Assembly (NCBI GenBank): GCA_950097015.1
Contig: CATNEN010000007.1
Location: 13,082,001 to 13,146,000, forward strand
From: Macrostomum hystrix
Lineage: Eukaryota; Animalia; Platyhelminthes
Reading direction: 5' to 3'
DNA: 64,000 nt
Made by a program: the position numbers and the translations under genes. The notes beneath the pieces were generated by a model. The model was given only the letters and a program-made list of their open reading frames with translations. It ran no database searches and was not told the origin of the DNA. Below, piece by piece: positions 58,438 to 64,000 of the stretch. The number at the start of each line of letters is the position of its first letter. Within the stretch, counting starts at the first letter, position 1.

Positions 58438-61400
58438 TTACTGCGGCCCTGAAGTCAAATTCCTACGCAGAAGCTTTAGAAGGTCCTCAGCCAGCACCTC
58501 CCTGCGATCTTCTGAGATTCCATGAGACTCTTTGCAAAAGCCATCGCAATCTTCCCATTCAATAACCTTCACGTGGCGATGCTTCTTGCAATACTTCTTT
58601 AAGCCCCTTCCGAACTCATTCAACATGTCACTGACTTGGTCCTGGTTCACCAGGCCGATGAAGCCCAACTCCAGCTGCCGGTGCAGATATGAAAACTGTC
58701 CAGGAACTTCAAAAGCCAGCCTGACGTCTTCCCAGACCCAGACTTTGTAATCGTAAGTCCTGTCGTTCGATCCGGTGAAATTCTGCTTGGCTAGCACAGC
58801 ACCGTTGGCTTCCAGACAGCGCTGTAGCGTTGCAGGATCAGGATAGCGACTGCTAGTTGGCAGGACCAAGAAATACGGAGGGCTAAATGGTATCTCCTGG
58901 CCCTGGCCCACCTTTCTCCTCAGGTCTGAAAGCAATTGATTTTATGTCAGGGATTCCATAAATTTTATTTAGCTTGAGCAGTTACACTCGCATCACCTCG
59001 CAGGTTCATCGGGTTCAGTTTCTAAACCATGAAACAGTTCCTTTACCCCAATGAAACACTTTTCGAATGCAATCTACATTTTCAGATGTTCTTCGATATG
59101 TCACATGCAGTCTCTAGCCAGCGATTTTCTTACCCTCTTCCATCTTGTCCACAAAGCCGCAGCATATATTGGCGGTCAGGACTGTAGTCATTGACATCAG
59201 TGGGAAAACGTCTTCAACCCTCAGGCAGTTAGCGTCTGTAAGGTCTGAAATTTGGTATTGAGTAATGTCTTTCGAAGGTTTTTCAGTCAGTTGAGCTGAT
59301 AACAAAAATACTTTACTCAATGAAAATTTATAATTCTTGCGAGTATTAGTGAAAAATAGACTTACGAAGGTCCGTAAAAACGTCATCAAGAGTAATTTGT
59401 CTTGGCACAACTGCTAGGTTGGCAATTTGGTAGGCAGGACTCTGGTTGGACAAACTCGGTACTTGCTTGACGCAGCAATACGGCAAATGTTTTAAGTAAT
59501 CCGGCAACAGATCGTGGATGTCAACCTCATCTCTGGCATGTCCCACAATGATCACGGAAATGCAGCATTCGCCGCTGACATTCATCTGCAGTGTTCAGAT
59601 AGCACCAACTGGCCTAAAAGTATTGAAGAATCTCAAAAACAAAAAATTAAGCAAATAACTACCTTGGCTGCCGCGGATTTAAAATCGCAATCGCGCTCAT
59701 TCTCTTCCAACACAAATACGATTCTGCGAAACTGACTGATGTCCTCTTGCGACATGCGTTCTCTGGCGGCCAGCAGCTTGTACCGACCCTTAAACAGCCT
59801 TTCAAGTGACATTAAAACTGCCGACTTTTGATCAAATTCAACCAAAGAACTGCCCATTTTCACTAACATGTATGAGTCATCAGCAGTTGCTGATTTTCCA
59901 CTGGATAGAAGCTGGATCTGAGTTTTATCACAATACTTCTGAACCTCTTCTTCCAGGCGCTCTTGAAGAGCCTCGGGACTCGCCACCTCAAGCAGCTCCA
60001 CTCGCTTTCCCACTTCGCTATCTGCGTTAGTTTCCTCAAAAAGTAGCTCAGAAAACTGTGGGTGGTAGTGAATGAGCTTCAGATCTTCTTTAAACTGTTG
60101 AAATATGCTTGCTCTGAGCCCACACGTATCTCCTTGCTGTTCTTTGATGTCCATTTTTTGTATGTTGAAAATTGGAGAAGCCCAGTCCGCAAAAAGAAGC
60201 GCGTGCGTTGGGCCGGAAGGGGCACCACTCCTCAGCTCTATCAAATAGATAAATACTTTCCTTTCGTAGTCCTCGCATGTGAATGTGAGTTCGTTCTTTT
60301 TCACGCATCCAGGAAACAGTTCCACAGGGTTAATCGATTGACTCAGTTGTTCCGGAAGAAGTACGAAGTACTTTTTTACTACGATGATGCTGGCCGAGGG
60401 CACAGTAATTCCCATGTCAGCCAGCGCTCTCGTACTAAGCGCGTCCCCTTCATACAAAGCACTGCTAACCCGAGCGTCAAGGTTGGGCACAACGAGGCGC
60501 AGGAATGTGGACGCGAGGTTCCATGCAAAACTGCTGCCTGTGCTCTCAAAGATCTTTGTGTCTAAAATTTTGCGTCAGTGACAGAAAGGATAAGCTAAAA
60601 TTTGTAACAGTTAAACATTGGGTAGCTTGGGTAGGTGAGTGCTTGCTGATATAAGTGTGCCAAGGATTTGCTGTATATACTTCGTGCAAGAAATCTACGC
60701 AAGTAAGATTTTTTGGAAGCCTCTACTGGACAGCCACCAACTTTGCGAAAGCCAGTTTTTAAACTTCATTTGCAGGGTTGTTTCAGACTAAATCAATAGT
60801 TGCTTTTTCAGTATTTCGATGCGTCAACACGTACGCATGCATTTACATGACGCTGACATGGACGACACTATGGCTACCAAACTGCCTTTTCCTGCTTGCC
60901 TTGTCAATCTCATTAGAGCTATTTGTGCGGAGCTACTCTGTGAAAATTCCTCACTGCAGACAAGCGGATATTCTTCTCCGCTGGAGATGTACTTCATCAT
61001 TTAAAATAAAACAGTAAGATCTCCCTATATTGAGTCAGATTTTTCCTGCAGAAAAAATCTATAATGTTTCGGTGGCATCGGAATCGGAATTTTTTCTACG
61101 AAGTTAGAAAGACTTAAGCGAACATTGAACTACTCACCCTGTTGCTGCTGAGGGTTGAGACCCTCAATAACTGCTCTGGCTAGATCTCTTAGCTTTCGTT
61201 CATTGTCTTCTCCAGTCAGCTTAACAACTGATTTAAAGAGGTCGCGCACCCTCGGATGTTGCAGAAGTTCGCGCGGATTCTCCTCCAGTTGAGTCCGGGA
61301 GGCGAAGTTGTCCACCACATGCACGCGACGAGTGCTATTAGATACGCGCTGCAATTATTTTTGGGGCTGTATAAAAGGAACGAATGGCAGTATGGCAGAA

Positions 61401-62775
61401 AGGCAGTATGGCAGAAAAAAGAAAATTCAGGTGAAGGATGAACAATATGCTGATTCGTATTTTATATTAGACATTTTCCTCCGTTCGGCTCGCCTTTTAG
61501 AGGTGCCATTAAGATATTGATGTACTTAGCTTAAAAGCGACTCTTAAATCACCGTAGTATATGCAATTAGAGAATTTAGTTAAGCTTTTAAATTTATGCC
61601 CAAACAGGCAATATAAACTCAGTAAACTCACAAAAGAAAGTCTCTCTCAAGCAATATTATTCACAAACCAATGCCAATCATTACCCTTTTCATTGTCAGC
61701 AAAAGAAGCGGTCGAATGTATGCGGGTGGCAGCTGGCAAGCAATATTATTCACAAACCAATGCCAATCATTACCCTTTTCATTGTCAGCAAAAGAAGCGG
61801 TCGAATGTATGCGGGTGGCAGCTGGCAAGCAATAGTATTCACAAACCAATGCCAATCATTACCCTTTTCATTGTCAGCAAAAGAAGCGGTCGAATGTATG
61901 CGGGTGGCAGCTGGCAAGCAATAGTATTCACAAACCAATGCCAATCATTACCCTTTTCATTGTCAGCAAAAGAAGCGGTCGAATGTATGCGGGTGGCAGC
62001 TGGCAAGCAATAGTATTCACAAACCAATGCCAATCATTACCCTTTTCATTGTCAGCAAAAGAAGCGGTCGAATGTATGCGGGTGGCAGCTGGCAAGCAAT
62101 AGTATTCACAAACCAATGCCAATCATTACCCTTTTCATTGTCAGCAAAAGAAGCGGTCGAATGTATGCGGGTGGCAGCTGGCAAGCAATAGTATTCACAA
62201 ACCAATGCCAATCATTACCCTTTTCATTGTCAGCAAAAGAAGCGGTCGAATGTATGCGGGTGGCAGCTGGTTAAACACTAGCACGATGGCGTCAGCTGTG
62301 AATACCGATTCCACTACGCTTTTCCAGTCATTGAGATTTTCCGAGGTGGGTAGGACCTCAACTCTGCGATCTTCTTCTATGTTGCTCGCAGCTGGCACTC
62401 CAGCTTCACCAGCCTCCTTAATATACCTTTCAAGATCTGCGCTGGCCTGGCTCCTGCTTCCGATTACAATCAGAGAGACTGTCGCGCAACTTTCAGAATC
62501 TGAAATTTTTAATTTGTCGCTGTGTTGTCGAATACGTTTTTCTTAAATTAGAATATAATACACAGTTTTAGTTAAAACCAGCACCTTATCAGCGTGCACA
62601 AAAATTCTAATAAGTATTTGTAACTCGGCAGCTAGCGGCAAGAAAGTGTTTGCTTGACAGCCTAGCAGTTCGAAGAACAGCACCATCTCAGAACCTTACC
62701 GAAAGGCGTTCTAAATGGAGTGACCGTCGCTCCGATTCCTTTCAGTGAGTAGGACTGTCCTTCCCGCAGCGGCAT
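58438..62775 (-). CDS. STING: Divergent tandem STING protein: TIR-like-STING-TIR-like-STING, no transmembrane segment, 778 aa
   Basis: Exons 62775-62700, 62499-62219, 61348-61138, 60561-59663, 59585-59366, 59295-59134, 58925-58438 (2337 nt, all GT-AG, phases match, no stops). Domain 1: FAWNLASTFLRLVVPNLDARV / KYFVLLP / DWASPIFNIQKM. Domain 2: GFVDKMEEDLRRKV / YFLVLPTSSRYP / GSNDRTYDYKVW / FGRGL / KVIEWED. These align in order with human STING [69 protein letters not shown] (recalled, aligned by eye). Confidence 0.75.
61649..62270. repeat. 89-bp tandem repeat, 7 copies, spanning the exon-2 3' end and donor of the STING-like gene
   Basis: Donors GTAATG at 62218, 62129, 62040, 61951, 61862, 61773, 61684. 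Confidence 0.95.
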
Positions 62776-62923
62776 TTCTGAAAAATTTATTCAATCAAGC
62801 TCTGTGTGAGTTTCGCAAACGGAGTTCATTGCATAATATGAGGTACCGGGTCTTTAGCTGTATGCAGTCCTAGTTGGCTCTGACAAACTCTTTTATCAGA
62901 TCCTTATTATCTAGTAAATTTGT

Positions 62924-63718
62924 GCGTTGCTTTGAGGCCTAGGTTCAATCAGTTGTTTCATGTGTAAGGGTAAAAAATTCATTCCCCTACCTTAGCAGAT
63001 GATAGTGTAATTCCAAGCGTGGAATGTACAACGGCGACGCTCGATTATATATTTATTGTCAGACGATTCGATTAGGGTAGCGGCAAGTTATTGTGCTGTC
63101 TGCATCAAGAGACAAACAGCTCATTTGGCTTTAGGCTTGGGGTAGGACAAGGGTTGAATTGCTTTTAGTTAGCAGATTGTTAAAACCCTACCCAGGGCTT
63201 TCTTATCTGCGTGTTTGTACAGACCTTGAGTACTTACGTGCTCCAGCCTACCAGGGACGCCGATATAGCTTTACCCTCCGCTTCGCTTGGATCTGTCGCT
63301 GGGACAGAAAATACATTTATTTTCTGCCCTTGTGCCACTCAGCTGGGGAGACTTACTTTCTGGTGTTCATAGCTGGTGCAGTACTACATGCAAGACAGGT
63401 GTGGGGTCTGGGCTACAATAATCATAAACTAAGAAAGACGAGAGGTACGAGAGAGTAGGGCTACAACAATGCCCAGCGCAGCGAGACAAGAAAAGAGACT
63501 ATCAGGCCGGCAGTCACGATGCCATCGCCAACCCCCTCCGCTGAGCCTAACGTGCTGCCTTTGCAGACAGGGTGTTTTGTTGCCCACAAATCGGAGGCTG
63601 CATATTCTCGGCATGCAGCAAGTACAGCGAATTGGCATCGATAAGCGTTGCTTTGAGGCCTAGGTTCAATCAGTTGTTTCATATGTAAGGGTAAAAAATT
63701 ACCCTACCTTAGCAGATG
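62924..63718. repeat. Dispersed ~75-bp direct repeat (62924-63001 and 63645-63718)
   Basis: GCGTTGCTTTGAGGCCTAGGTTCAATCAGTTGTTTCAT..CCCTACCTTAGCAGATG present twice. Confidence 0.8.
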
Positions 63719-64000
63719 GCGTCAAACAATCGATCTATATCCATCTAAGAATACGAGCTCGTATATCAATGTTTCACGAAGTCAAATGGGCCGTGCCCGA
63801 TGTGTGCTGCTTTCAGGCATGCCGCATAAATGGCGACCATTTCTGGGCTAAATATGATTTTATGCAAACAGATTTTGAGCTACCTGTAAAAGGCAGGTGA
63901 CTTAACTTTAGAGATAGTTTTTTTACTTTCTCGGTTAATGGGTTTGCGATTCGTTTTAGATGGAGTGCGTTTGGTGTGACGTAAAAACTGGGTGTCAGGC

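Noticed and set aside
60600-61050. Coding-looking stretches in intron 3 of the STING-like gene
   Set aside because: No phase-compatible acceptor without stops; exon 61348-61138 splices cleanly to 60561

Overview
Eukaryotic (metazoan) genomic DNA with spliced genes and a very high load of locally derived minisatellites: about 57% of 1-41.3 kb versus about 6% of the remainder, by manual sum. This pattern is typical of the free-living flatworm Macrostomum, but the organism is an inference and is not verified. Genes reconstructed by hand with phase-consistent GT-AG splicing: (1) the 5' part of a secreted modular SRCR-C-type lectin-kringle-LDLa protein (minus, runs off the window start); (2) an intronless HES/hairy-E(spl) bHLH-WRPW gene; (3) Phox2; (4) a small secreted pacifastin-like inhibitor flanked by a 189-bp inverted repeat; (5) Sec61alpha; (6) CEP44; (7) a 7-exon, 778-aa gene that reads as a highly divergent, transmembrane-less TIR-like-STING-TIR-like-STING protein, the most interesting item in the window. 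Also present are a split and inverted Gypsy gag relic, a hAT-Charlie MITE, a 48-bp TIR+TSD mini-element and a decayed LINE RT. Two intronic minisatellites were formed by amplifying splice sites: one gives 14 copies of a 3' splice site, the other 7 copies of a donor with 6 potential in-frame 48-nt mini-exons. Most long ORFs in the ORF track are repeat artefacts.
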